A stretch of 63,693 bases of DNA, filler included, from Pelomyxa schiedti (taxonomy: Eukaryota; Protista; Evosea), in the NCBI GenBank assembly GCA_020536535.1. It is 14 parts of 14 records of this genome, joined end to end, with 100 filler letters (N's around TTAATTAATTAA, not from the genome) between each part and the next. Parts side by side here need not be neighbours in the genome. Positions count along the whole stretch, not along the records: positions 1 to 6,553 come from JAHLWZ010001411.1; positions 6,654 to 9,402 come from JAHLWZ010001902.1; positions 9,503 to 18,123 come from JAHLWZ010001311.1; 11 more parts are not named here. One strand, given 5' to 3'. The stretch's first letter is position 1, and each line of letters opens with the position of its first letter. The notes under the pieces are model-generated. The model did not search any database, was not told the origin of the DNA, and saw only the letters and a list, made by a program, of their open reading frames with translations. The translations under genes were made by a program, and so were the position numbers. This document shows positions 1-10,816 of the stretch, one piece after another.

Positions 1-259
1 GTCGCCGTGATGTCGGCGGCAGACATTATGGGACTCCCGCCTCCTAGCTGGGTGTTGTAGTCTCGTTGTCGAGTTGGGGAGGTTATTGGGTGTTGTGTTG
101 TTGCCCTGCACCCCTTTGGTCGAAAAAACAAAATAAAAGGTCGAATTAGCAGAACGCCGGGTGTTGGTGGTGCTGAGCATTGGGCGCAACACACTGTAAG
201 AGTGAAAAAGGTTATTTCTGTTTTATTTGCACAACAGGGTTGTGGGTGTGTGAACTGGC

Positions 260-3200
260 TCAGGATTGTGGTGGTGCTGCAGTGGCAGTGCTTTTTTTTG
301 ACTCATAGAACCTCTTCAGATTGCCAAATGTTGCTTGAACTCCTTCCAGCAGCACTGGCCCATACTTTTTCGCCGGGACTTCCATCCGGAAGAACACCGG
401 GTTTCGAACTTGCTCCACAGACGAGAAAACAGTCACAACGCTGCCATTGTGTGCTGTGGCCCATCCCCCCTTGCTGTGGTCGTGGCTGCGTATGATCAGG
501 CCCAAGTTATTTGCTTCCGTGACGTCAGGACCCCAGGTTTCCAAACCGCGGCGTGTTAATGAGGGCTGCATCCCATTATTCTCTTCGGAAGGGTCAGTCC
601 ACAGCAAGTCCTTCAACAGCGGGGTTGCAGCTGGATACTTGTGAGTATCTCAAACGGAAGAAAAAGATGAGGACAACTCACTGGTTTCCTGGTACCGCCC
701 TGACTGCCTTATGGCATCCAATGTAACATTACTCCCAATGCCACCGTGGCTCACAAACCAGCCTTTCATCTCTGGGTCATGGAAAGTAATCAAAGTGGCC
801 AAGGGGAGGTGCTTGTACAGTTCGACACATGCTTGCCATAACCTCATGAAATTACTGCCGTACACCTCCTTCAAACCCTGATAATGATTGTTTTGGCCAT
901 AAGAACTGATCTTGGGACATTCATGATTGCCACGGTTCAGGTAAACACTTTGTGGATATCTCGTAACGAGCAGGCACAAGGCAGCCAAGACATCAAGACC
1001 AAAGGCACCCCTGTCAATATAGTCACCTGTGCACACAGGTGTAAGAAAAAAATAGTAAGAATTGTATTGTCACACTACCATTGAAAATCCATAAATTGGA
1101 ATCAGATGGTTCTCCTCCAATAGCAATGGCTCTGAAAAAAAAAGGTCAGAGAGGCAACTAGATGGAAACATACCGTTTCAGGCAGTCCCAGCTTCCATGT
1201 AAATCCCCAACAATGTTTATTGATGAAACATTCTTTGTGACCACAACTTCGTTCAGCAAGGATCTCTTCTTGAGGAGATCGGTGGCCTCTGTGATAAATT
1301 TCTTGTGGCTGGCGTAGAGATAAGTGATGAGAGTGCTATCTCGGGTGGTAGAAAACAAGAGCTCCCAGCTTCCCATGAGGTCACTTTGAACTGCAGTGAT
1401 TTGTGTAAGAAGAAAAGTTAAAAGGAGGAAAATGTGGGAGGCGGACATGGGAAGTAAATCGGGTTGGGTGGAGGGCAGAACCTTTCGGGAGCAACTTATC
1501 ACAAACTGGTTAGGAAATCATCATTGAGAAGTGGGCTTACTTGAGGAGTGTGGGGTATCTGGTACGGTGGCAGAAACTCGTGCAGGTCTTGCGGTTTGTG
1601 GAACTGAAAGAGAAATGTTACAGTAGAGAAAGAAAAGAATCTGTTGCACCACCTTGTGCGGTGCAAGTCGTAGGTGACACATATTGATCAGGTCCGCGAA
1701 AAGGAGCTATTTATGTCAATTACGTTAGAAAACCATCAAGAAGTGGGCAAACAAACCTTGTGTGATCTCTTGTACATTTATTGAAGCTTCTTCCCTTGAC
1801 CGCTTTTTTCCAGCAACTAAAGAAGAAACATAAGAAACGAAGATTAACCACAGGGGCGTACGTTTGCCTTCTGTATATTCACATGTGACAAGTAGTTCTC
1901 GTTGTTGGAGAGGGTCTGGTGCACTGGCAAAAACTTGTGCTTGTCTTTGTTCACAACTAGTTGTGGGTACTTCTTTCGAAGGTGTGACTTCCATTTGTAG
2001 TGCGGCATCTCCTTGTCCTATAATTAAAGTGTGTAACTAATTAACGATACAAACGATCACACTTTTTTCTTCTGTTGGACAAGCCATTTGTGCATCAGAT
2101 GATCCATATATCAAAGGTGGGCATCTGGGTTGAGCTGAAGCACTCACTTTTTGGGACTCTGCCAGTGACAGTTGGGCAACTGGGAACTGTTGTTATGTAT
2201 GATAAACAAAGGTTGAATCTTCACCAGAAATTGAAAGTGATTCTGAAGGTTGGTTATCTGTTTTAATATTAACGCGGCAAAGGAACTCAATGAGAACTTG
2301 TACTACCGGGAACAGTTGAAAGTGCGCACACAAGGTCTCTAACCGGCTCTTGATGGGTAATTTGTTGAGGGCTCTGTGTGGTTTTGTAAATTAGAGTACT
2401 GAGTAAAGTTAAAGTATTTTTACTGGTGCATCACTCATTTTGTCAGTGGCTACAAGTTTGGATGGACTTAAACCAGTTACGTGAATCTTTCAATAGTTAG
2501 AATACAATAGAAGAAGGCGGAGTGGAGACTAGAGGTCCTACCGGTGCTTCTTCAATATGTACATCAGGAACTCGTAGAGGAGGTTCCACACGCAGTGTGG
2601 GTGTAGGTGGTGGCGGCGGTGCGAATGGAGGGTATGTGACAACGGTATCCAGGTTGTGGGTGTAAAGCCCAGGTTCCAAACAGAATATCTTCTTAACACC
2701 CGCTCTACCCCACCACGACAAACGGGGAGGTACCAGTCCTGGCTGGTGTTGTACAAACCAGTGCCCACCATATTTTTTAGCCCTGACCCTATATGTATTA
2801 TTGTTTGCATAATTTGGGGGTAAAAAAAAAAAATCAACACATACATAAAACCAGTGCCGGCAAAGTGGGCCCTGACATCTGATTCAGTGGCACTATGAGG
2901 TACCTTCAAAACGGGCCTCGTGTTGGGCTCGAGTGGGAAATCGTACGCAGTCGAACCGTCACCGAGGTTTCTCAGAAAGAACGGGGCGAAGGGAACGACG
3001 TGGATCCAGAGTCCGGCAAACTCGAGCCCGTTCTCCAGTGCAGCCTCTGCGTCGGCGTTGGTGTGGAAGGTCAAGTAGAAGTAGCCTCGCAACAGGGTCA
3101 CATTAGATCTGATGGAACCGAAAGAACATCAGCCAATCACACACCCTTCAACGGCACAACCGCCACAAGCACAAGAGCACGATGGGGAGGGAAGCAGGGG

Positions 3201-3430
3201 ACCACGCACACGACGGGGGGTTGCAACCCCGCCCACACTACGGCGGGCTCGGCGTCGGGGGGCAGCCCGAACCCACAGAGGGTAAGGGGAGGCAGCAGCA
3301 CGCGGTGGGGCTCGTCGGCGGCACAGGCAGCGCGCCCACGGGGGCCAGGGGCTGGTGGTGCTCGGGCTGGGACGGCAGGCGGCGCACCGGGGTGACCCCT
3401 GCTGGTTACGGTGCTGGTGGTTGCATGCAT
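260..3430 (-). CDS. Multi-exon PPP-family Ser/Thr phosphatase (PP5/PPEF-like catalytic domain) with probable N-terminal RRM-like domains and a low-complexity linker
   Basis: Ordered motifs on successive minus-strand exons: GDLHG (~1200), GDYIDRG (~1010), RGNHE (~925), SHGG, DLLWTDP, IIRSHD, TVFSS; stop at 260. Upstream exons (2500-3430) include YFYLTFHTNADAEAALENG. The same upstream segment (SWWGxAGVKKIFCLEPGLY) precedes the paralogue, which supports one gene. Exact exon joins not verified. Confidence 0.75.
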
Positions 3431-3914
3431 TGTGGGATTGGGTTGAGCACGTGGGGGTTGTTGTGGTGGAGGACTTCGCGGGGTCTAAGTTGATTTCTAG
3501 ATCAGATTAGATGGCGAGAGATGAGAGACCGGGGAAATAGGCTCATAGATCGCCTTAATATCGAACACACAGTAACTTTCCCTGATAGTGTGCAGTGCAG
3601 GCTTGCCAATGCGTTTCTATGATCCTGTCAATTGCAAATTTGAATCAGTTTCTTGTTTTTAATTTCCGGTCTCTTTGGTTTTTCATTTTTTTAATAAAAA
3701 AGTAGCACGTAGGTGCCGTGCAGTGCCGGATCTACGACCAAAAAGTAACACCGCACGCACTACTAACGGCACACTACAAGGTAATTAGTCTTCTCTGTTG
3801 TTTTATTGTGCCTGTGTAGCGTGCAATACTCCACAATTTACAAAAAAACAGCCCACATAACGTATACCATGCACGTTTGTAGTGGTGGTTGTCAACGCTC
3901 ATTGCAAACCAGAC

Positions 3915-4257
3915 CAACAACAACAACAACGCCAAATGGGGCAAATGCAAGCAAGCATTGCCAGCGAGGAGTTCTTCTTGGGAGGGATTGGGTAGTGTGG
4001 TGCTAGGCTTTGAAGTCCACCCACTTTGCACCCCGNNNNNNNNNNNNNNNNNNNNNNNNNNNNNNNNNNNNNNNNNNNNNNNNNNNNNNNNNNNNNNNNN
4101 NNNNNNNNNNNNNNNNNNNNNNNNNNNNNNNNNNNTCTTCTGATCTGAGCCACGAAAATTGCCGCGATGTTTTGACAACAACAGTCATCAAAAAACCGGC
4201 TGGGCAACATGAAAGAATTCATCATCCTGATGAGACCAGACCCATCATGACAGTGTC
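3915..4257 (-). repeat. Partial tandem duplicate of the last two exons of the 4340-6553 gene, spanning a scaffold gap
   Basis: 3915-4035 matches ~4360-4477 and 4136-4257 matches ~4592-4711; the flanks differ. Confidence 0.8.
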
Positions 4258-4339
4258 ATCAAGTGTTCACTTCACTCTTGTGCTATGACATCAAAGAGGT
4301 TGTTCAGTTTTCGAAAATTCCACTCCAATCTAACTTCCC

Positions 4340-6553
4340 TCAGAGTGACTGTGGTGGCAACAACAACAACAACGCCAAATGGGGCAAATGCAAGCAAGCA
4401 TTGCCAGCGAGGAGTTCTTCTTGGGAGGGATTGGGTAGTGTGGTGCTAGGCTTTGAAGTCCACCCACTTTGCACCCCGATTTTCGCCCATGGGGCTCTTC
4501 TGCACCACTCTCAAGCCGAATCACCACATCAAGGTATTTATTATTCCTTTTCGTTATTATAACCACTAACATATAAAAAAGAGTTGCACTCTCTTCTGAT
4601 CTGAGCCACGAAAATTGCCGCGATGTTTTGACAACAACAGTCATCAAAAAACCGGCTGGGCAACATGAAAGAATTCATCATCCTGATGAGACCAGACCCA
4701 TCATGACAGTGTAATAGACAATACAATTTTTTTTACCTTACGACGCCCTTCGAATTACAGCTTGGTTGGTTTAAGTTGGTTTGCCACGAAGTAGGAAGCA
4801 GCTTAAATTTTGTGGTGGTAATGTTGTGAAGAGGAAAGAGGTGTGTTTGGTGTACCTCAATTGCAAGACTGAAGGACCTGGCACACCATACGTCGACTTC
4901 ACTATTCACGCTTTTTGCTCATTTCATGAAAATAAGACTTATCCACAAGAATTCACACAGCAATGGCAATGGATGTGTTTTGGGAATGGTGTGGGATTGG
5001 TTGTTTTGTATGGTGTAACGGTTGAGGAAGTGAGAATTTCGTACAACACAGACGCAGATGGACACAAACGAGGGAGAGGAACGAGGCCGTGGTGGTGTTC
5101 AATGAACTCGTTCCTGTAAAAGCACGGCACGGGGCACAGTTCCGTTGCTGACGAGAACACTGTGAGAACCCTCCCGTTGTGTGTGATGGAATAGCCTCGG
5201 TCTGTGCTGTCATGGCTCCTGATGATCAGGCTGAACTCGTTCACCTTGACGAACTCGCTCGAGATGTCAGGTCCCCACACCATCGAGTGAACCCCGCCAC
5301 TGTAAGCAGACAAATGCGTACCATTCTCATTGGATGGACGACTCCACAGAAGTTGCTTCAGAACGTCAGTTGCATCTGTGTTTCTTCTGTGAGTGTTTAA
5401 GGACTAAAGGCAGTGGAACACGAACCAGAACAGTCATGTCTCTCGGCGTTTCTGATTGTGCTCAAAGAGGCATTGGGGTGAAGAATGCCACTGTGGGTCA
5501 CAAACCAGCTCCTCGTCGTTGTTGGATCCGAATCAGGGAATGAAACAACCGATGCCAATGGAAGGTGCTTGAACAGTGAAACACAGTCACCCCACAAAGC
5601 GGTTCCCATCTCTTCACCGAAAACTGTTCTGAGGCACTCCTGGAATCCACATTCTTTGCTTGTTCTGGCACACTCATTGTTTCCTCGGTTCAGGAACACG
5701 CATCCAGGGTGTTCCACAAGGAGCCGGCACAACGTGGCCAACACATCGATGCTGAAGGCTCCACTCCCAACAAAGTCACCTGTGTGTGCGGAATATGATA
5801 ACACAGAGAGTGTGAGAACACAAGAAACTTCTTGACAGCACACACCATTGAAAATCCACAAGTTGGTCTCTGAGGGTTCCTTTCCGGAAATCATGGCTCT
5901 GCATAGGAAATGTGAAAAAAGGTCAGAGCCGCCAAATTTGGGCACATACTGTTTGAGACAGTCCCAGTTTCCATGCAAATCCCCAACGATGTTTATGGAA
6001 GAAACATTCTTTGTAACCACAACTTCGTTCAGCAAGGATCGCTTCTTGAGGAGATCGGTGGCCTCTGTGATAAAGCGCTTGTGGCTTGTGTGAAGATAAG
6101 TGATGAGGGTGCTGTTTCTGTTTGGAGAGAGCAAGAGGTCCCACTTTCCCAGGAGGTCACTTTGAACTGCAGTGATTTGAGTTAAAAGAAGAAAATTTGA
6201 GTTGGGAGGCACACATGGGAAACATGGGAAGCCAAGTCCGCCGGGTGGAGGGCACAACCTTTCGGGGGCAACTAAGGAAAGCAGTTTAGAACAATATGGC
6301 AAGCAGAAATACCATATTACCTTTGCTTACCGAATCTTCACCAGAAATTGGAATTGATCCTGAAGGTTGGTTATCTGTTTGATATTAAAACAAAGGCAGT
6401 AGTATAAGTTTCTAGGACCTGCAGTTGAAAGCGGAGGGTATGTGACAACAGTATCTAAGCTGTGGGTATACAGGCCAGGTTCCAAACAGAATATCTTCTT
6501 CACACCTGCACCACCCCACCACGAGATACGGGGTGGTACCAGGCCTGGTGGGT
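4340..6553 (-). CDS. PPP phosphatase paralogue, probable pseudophosphatase, 5'-truncated by the contig end; Cys-containing C-terminal extension
   Basis: Near-identical exon TEATDLLKKRSLLNEVVVTKNVSSINIVGDLHG. Motifs read GDFVGSG (normally GDxVDRG), RGNNE (normally RGNHE), THSG, LLWSRP, RSHD. 3' exons joined by hand through short GT-AG introns to a stop at ~4340. Confidence 0.7.
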
Positions 6554-6653
6554 NNNNNNNNNNNNNNNNNNNNNNNNNNNNNNNNNNNNNNNNNNNNTTA
6601 ATTAATTAANNNNNNNNNNNNNNNNNNNNNNNNNNNNNNNNNNNNNNNNNNNN

Positions 6654-8796
6654 AGGGAGTGATGTGACATAAGGGAAATCAGGCCTGGAGTCCAACCACT
6701 CTATGACCCTGTGTGTCCCCCACCAATCATCAGGGTGTCCTGGTACACTCATGCCAAGTGTGCAACATGCAACACATTCAGGTTCAGGTTTGGACTTGGG
6801 GCTGCTGTGCCGGGTCAATCCTTTGTTCTCATGTGATAGCGGCGGTATTATTACAGCACCTTGGTGGGATTCCAGGACTAAGTTGTAGACATATTCAATG
6901 TGAACCATGTGTGGTGGGCACAGGTTGGTTGGCAGGCACCAGTTCCTGATTGTGGTTGTAATGTTGTTGCTTGGATTGGGGTGAGAAGAGTTTTGTTGTG
7001 CCTGCAGTTGATTATGATGGAGAAGGAGTATGGGGTGATCAGGTGTGAGTTCGAGAATAGTGTTTGCGGTGGTTGATTTTTGGTCAATAACAACCAGTGG
7101 AATTGCTTTTCGAACTGGGCACCTGTTGTTTGTTTCAAAAAGTTAGCTATACTTCGGAAAACAGCTTAGACACTTCCAAATGCACTGAACTAATGCCGGT
7201 GCTGTATGGTGGCCATGGCCTCCATCATAGTAGTATGCAAGAACACTGTCACCAACGTGAAGGTTCCTTATGAGGCAGTGTTTTCCATTTGACATCAAAA
7301 TTGTGCAATCCGGCCCAAAGCAGACAAATTGGTCGTTTGAACCGGACTAAGTAAGTGTCAGTTAATATGTTGAAAATGGGAACCTATACCCTACTGCGAC
7401 TGGAAGTGGGAGTGTATTTTACTGGAGAATAGGTGTATTCATGGAACCTCTTATTTGGTGACCAGGTGAATGAAGTATTCTTCCAGCTGGGCACCTTGAC
7501 ACAACCAGAAAAATTATGTGGCTTGCTCATTGCACTTGCCAAGGTTGTTTTTGCGAGGTGGTAGAATTCCTTGCATGTGCGGGAAAGCCGGATGAGTGTT
7601 AATAAGTCAAGGTATTCCAGCACAACTGTATTTTATTAGCGGTTGGTGTTCATTTGTTCATTACACACGCAGCCAGATGTCATTTGGGATCTGAGAAACC
7701 TTAGGTTGAATAATTGTGGCTATTGATATTTTTACAACGCAGTGGGGACTGTGGTGAATAAGCTAATTAGAAAGAGGAACTATTCTCACGTTTCTGGGGA
7801 TTTAGTCGTTGGCTTCTTGGAGAACCAACCAAAGAAGCCGGACTTTTTAGTGCCGGGTGTGGTAATAGAGCCAGTAGCAGAAAATATTCCAGCTCTGCAA
7901 ACTTCCTCAAAGAGATTGTCCAGTCCTACATAGGTTTTGGAACTTTTTTCCAAAACAACAACAGAGATGAGAGCAATGCCAGACTGGAAGAACGCAAACC
8001 TGCATTGAAAGTAACCATACGCCTTGATTTCAGTTGCTGCCGAAACGCCTTCTTGAAAAGTCACACAGGAGCCTGGAACCTACAATAAAATTAGAGCTCA
8101 ATAACGAAAGAATTCTTCAAGCCTCAGTCACGAGATCCATCTTGAGGCCAACTAAGAATATAATTGTCTCCTAAAAAACCGTTTGATAGGCAGAGTGGTT
8201 AGAACTACCTCGCAGCATCTTCTTATACACTGGAAAGCCGCTTCCACAGCTTCTACAAAACTTATTCTATCAGCAAGTGAAAAGCACAGTAGAATAACAT
8301 TCGTTCTTCTAAGACTGGCACAAAGAGCGTTAATTTCGGTCTGTTTTAAAAAAAAAAAGATATTATACAGTGCATCTCGAGATAAAGCATAGTCCCCCAT
8401 GGAACTTGGATCGTTTGAGTTACATTTTCTATGACAAGTAAAAGAACATGCACACCAATCCAGAATCTCCAAGTTGGCATCGGTTCCATCAAAAGAAACT
8501 TTCCTTCGGAACTGCCTTGGGTTATAAGAATAGTGGAGGAAGTAGAAAAAGAAAAAAAAATCGCAGGTAATACACTGATTTCCAAAGAGCCCTGGTACTC
8601 ATAGGGACTCCAATGCCCATTGCAAAACCTACCTGCTGTCAATGCCGGACACCAATTACACTGACGGTGCGTCGCCGACACCAAATTGTGGGAACGTGGC
8701 ACCTAACAACCAAACAACTTACGTCTCCTTGAGGGCTGTTTTCCCAACACCAGTTGGGCCAAACAGACCCACAATCCCATCCCGCACCAGTGTCAT
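6654..8796 (-). CDS. Atypical Rho-like small GTPase + F-box + Vint-type Hint domain fusion (about 11 exons; 3' end runs into the contig end)
   Basis: ATG 8796; P-loop GPTGVGKT (8737-8760); TNVILLCFS, LVGLKMDL, YFQCSSKT..GLDNLFEEV. In-frame GT-AG introns 7749-7789, 7626-7668, 7347-7389 and 7123-7173 give F-box SQIPNDIWLLVLEYLDLLTLIRLSRTCKEF, then Hint motifs CFGPDCTILMSNG..L.VGDSVL, LTPDHPI, WCLP, VYNLVLESH, CCTLG, WWGTHRVIEWL. Confidence 0.85.
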
Positions 8797-9502
8797 TGGG
8801 GAGAAGCAAATTAAAGTTGATGAAAAGGGAAGCGTCCCACAATGTCGGGGAGGCTTTTTCCGCTATTTAATCGCTGGTACCTCAAAAATTAAAATTCACC
8901 AATTATCCGTTTGAACAATTCGGTGGTCGTAAGACCTCACTCTTCAACGGTTTTCACCCGCAAAGCGTGGTGCTGTCTCAGACAAATATTCCTTTGTTTC
9001 GGGACAGTTTTTGATAAAGGAAAACAAAGTGTAATTGACAAGAACAGCCCTGTTGGCCTTAATCTCAATCTCCCCATAAAAAACAAAGGCCTTCGAGTGG
9101 TACAATCTCTACCAGCCTTATCAACAACACTGCCGCACACCTCCGCAGACTCACCACCAACACCTCACCCTAGGGGATGATGGATTCAGGCATCTAGATT
9201 GTTGTAACTCACCAGTTAACCAATTAAAAAAAAACAAAAAAAAAATTTCCAGAACTTTGTAACTTATTGTGTGTAGTTTTCGTTCATAGTAGGTTCATGG
9301 AGAAGCACAGTTGCAGTTTGCTTGTTGTGGAACGGTACTGGTGAGACATTGGTCCTCCAAGGGTTTTGCACAGGTTGAGCTCAAGGGCACCTTCAGACAT
9401 GGNNNNNNNNNNNNNNNNNNNNNNNNNNNNNNNNNNNNNNNNNNNNTTAATTAATTAANNNNNNNNNNNNNNNNNNNNNNNNNNNNNNNNNNNNNNNNNN
9501 NN

Positions 9503-10587
9503 GAGTAATAAAGGTAAGAAAACGCTGTTTGGTGCAAATTCCTCCCAAGCCCAAACTTCTCAGACATCCACTTCACAACTTCCATTTTCCCAGCAGACAT
9601 ACAGGTCAGAAGTGGCTGATACATCACCCACGGTGCTTCTGTCGCCCCAATCCCAAGTACACCTACAAGCCACCTGGCAGCGTCAACACCTCCATACACA
9701 CAGATGTCCTGAAAAAATTTTCTCACCCCGGACTCTGTCTTCAAGTACTCAATCACCTTCTCTCTCAGCCTGAGCCCGTTGTCGTTGGTGGTGCGACATG
9801 CATTTCCCCACCTCACAACACTACGGCCGTCCCACAATCGCGGCAGCGTTCCCTTCTTCTTCACACCCACCACACCACCACCGTCGCCATCATGATCCTC
9901 AATGCGTGCACCACCACCAAGAAGCAATTCAGCGATCCCCACGTGGCCACCGATCAACAACCCAGCCACTGTCGTGCTCACTTCCTTCACAACAGTCGCA
10001 CCCACTTCCCTCGCATACACATCATCCTCATCTCCATCATCATCATCATCATCATCATTGCCATCACGCAACCTCCTCCTGCCACCTTCTTCTTTCCTCG
10101 CCCCAATTTCCATGCTGTCTCCTCCGTCTGGTGTTGGTTCGGTTGTCGTCGTGGTTGTTGTCGTTGCTGTCATCACAGCGGTTGGGTGGTGGTCCAGGCC
10201 TAGAAGTCGAATCCCGGCAATCCTTTGGTCGAGCCTGCCGTTCTGCCTGTTGTTTAGGATCCACGCCACGCACGAAGGCGCGGGGACGGAGGCGGCCGAC
10301 ATGGTCGCGCCGTAGCTGCCGACGTAGTAGTAGCGCGCGGACAGAATCCTTGTGCACACGAGGGCCACGATGGGGAACATCGCCTCGGCGGCGCGGAACA
10401 GATCCCCCCAACGAAACCCGGTGTCGGTGTCGGGCTTCTCGAGCCACCCTGGCGACACAACGTGCTCCCAGACAACTCGCGACACCATAATCACTGTGTC
10501 TCTACAACAAATGCGATCCCATTGTTGTTGTTGTTGTTGTTGTGATGAGGGTGTTGTTGATGTTGCGGTGGTGCTCGGGGACGACAT
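9503..10587 (-). CDS. Ankyrin-like repeat family paralogue 1 (3'-truncated)
   Basis: Long ORF from MSSPSTT; shares IMVSRVVW..VVSPGWL, FRAAEAMFPIV, TLPRLWDGR and GKMEVVKW with three neighbours. Confidence 0.75.
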
Positions 10588-10639
10588 TGCTGGGTTCGGT
10601 TTTGATTTCCGAAGAAAAAAAAAACACCAGACCGCAGCG

Positions 10640-10645
10640 AAAAAA
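10640..10645 (-). terminator. Pol III oligo-T terminator of the tRNA
   Basis: T6 run 4 nt after the tRNA 3' end on the minus strand. Confidence 0.75.
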
Positions 10646-10649
10646 GAGA

Positions 10650-10731
10650 TGCGCCGGCTGGGATTCGAACCCAGGCTCCCAAGGAAATGCATCTTGAGTG
10701 CACCGCGTTAGACCAACTCCGCCACCGACGC
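10650..10731 (-). tRNA. tRNA-Leu-CAA: tRNA-Leu(CAA), intronless, CCA not encoded
   Basis: Reverse complement GCGTCGG TGGCGGAGTTGGTCTAACGCG GTGCA CTCAAGA TGCAT TTCCTTGGGAG CCTGGGTTCGAATCCCAG CCGGCGC A: 7-bp acceptor stem, anticodon CAA, long variable arm, GTTCGAATC T-loop, discriminator A. Confidence 0.96.
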
Positions 10732-10816
10732 TTTCACAAATTCTCTCACTCTCTCAGGCGTTGTGTGTGTTAAATGCAGTCCATTAACTTGATTTCCAGA
10801 AAAACTTTTTTCAAGA

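Noticed and set aside
4500-4530. TGA in frame with a downstream exon (possible selenocysteine or recoding)
   Set aside because: It lies within a GT-AG intron. Stops examined in conserved genes such as PMCA are explained by introns, so there is no evidence for a variant code.
4592-4711. CTGATGA / ATGATGA motifs suggesting a hammerhead ribozyme or C/D snoRNA (also at 4136-4257)
   Set aside because: No properly spaced GAAA and stems, and no terminal box D. The segment reads as an exon/intron boundary of the phosphatase 3' end.
6654-6740. WWGTHRVIEWL as a SAM domain start
   Set aside because: Better explained as the C-terminal extension of the Vint-type Hint domain, directly after VYNL and CTLG.
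7174-7346. Hint domain as a mobile intein
   Set aside because: No terminal His-Asn plus nucleophile, no homing endonuclease and no interrupted host domain; it also contains a spliceosomal intron.
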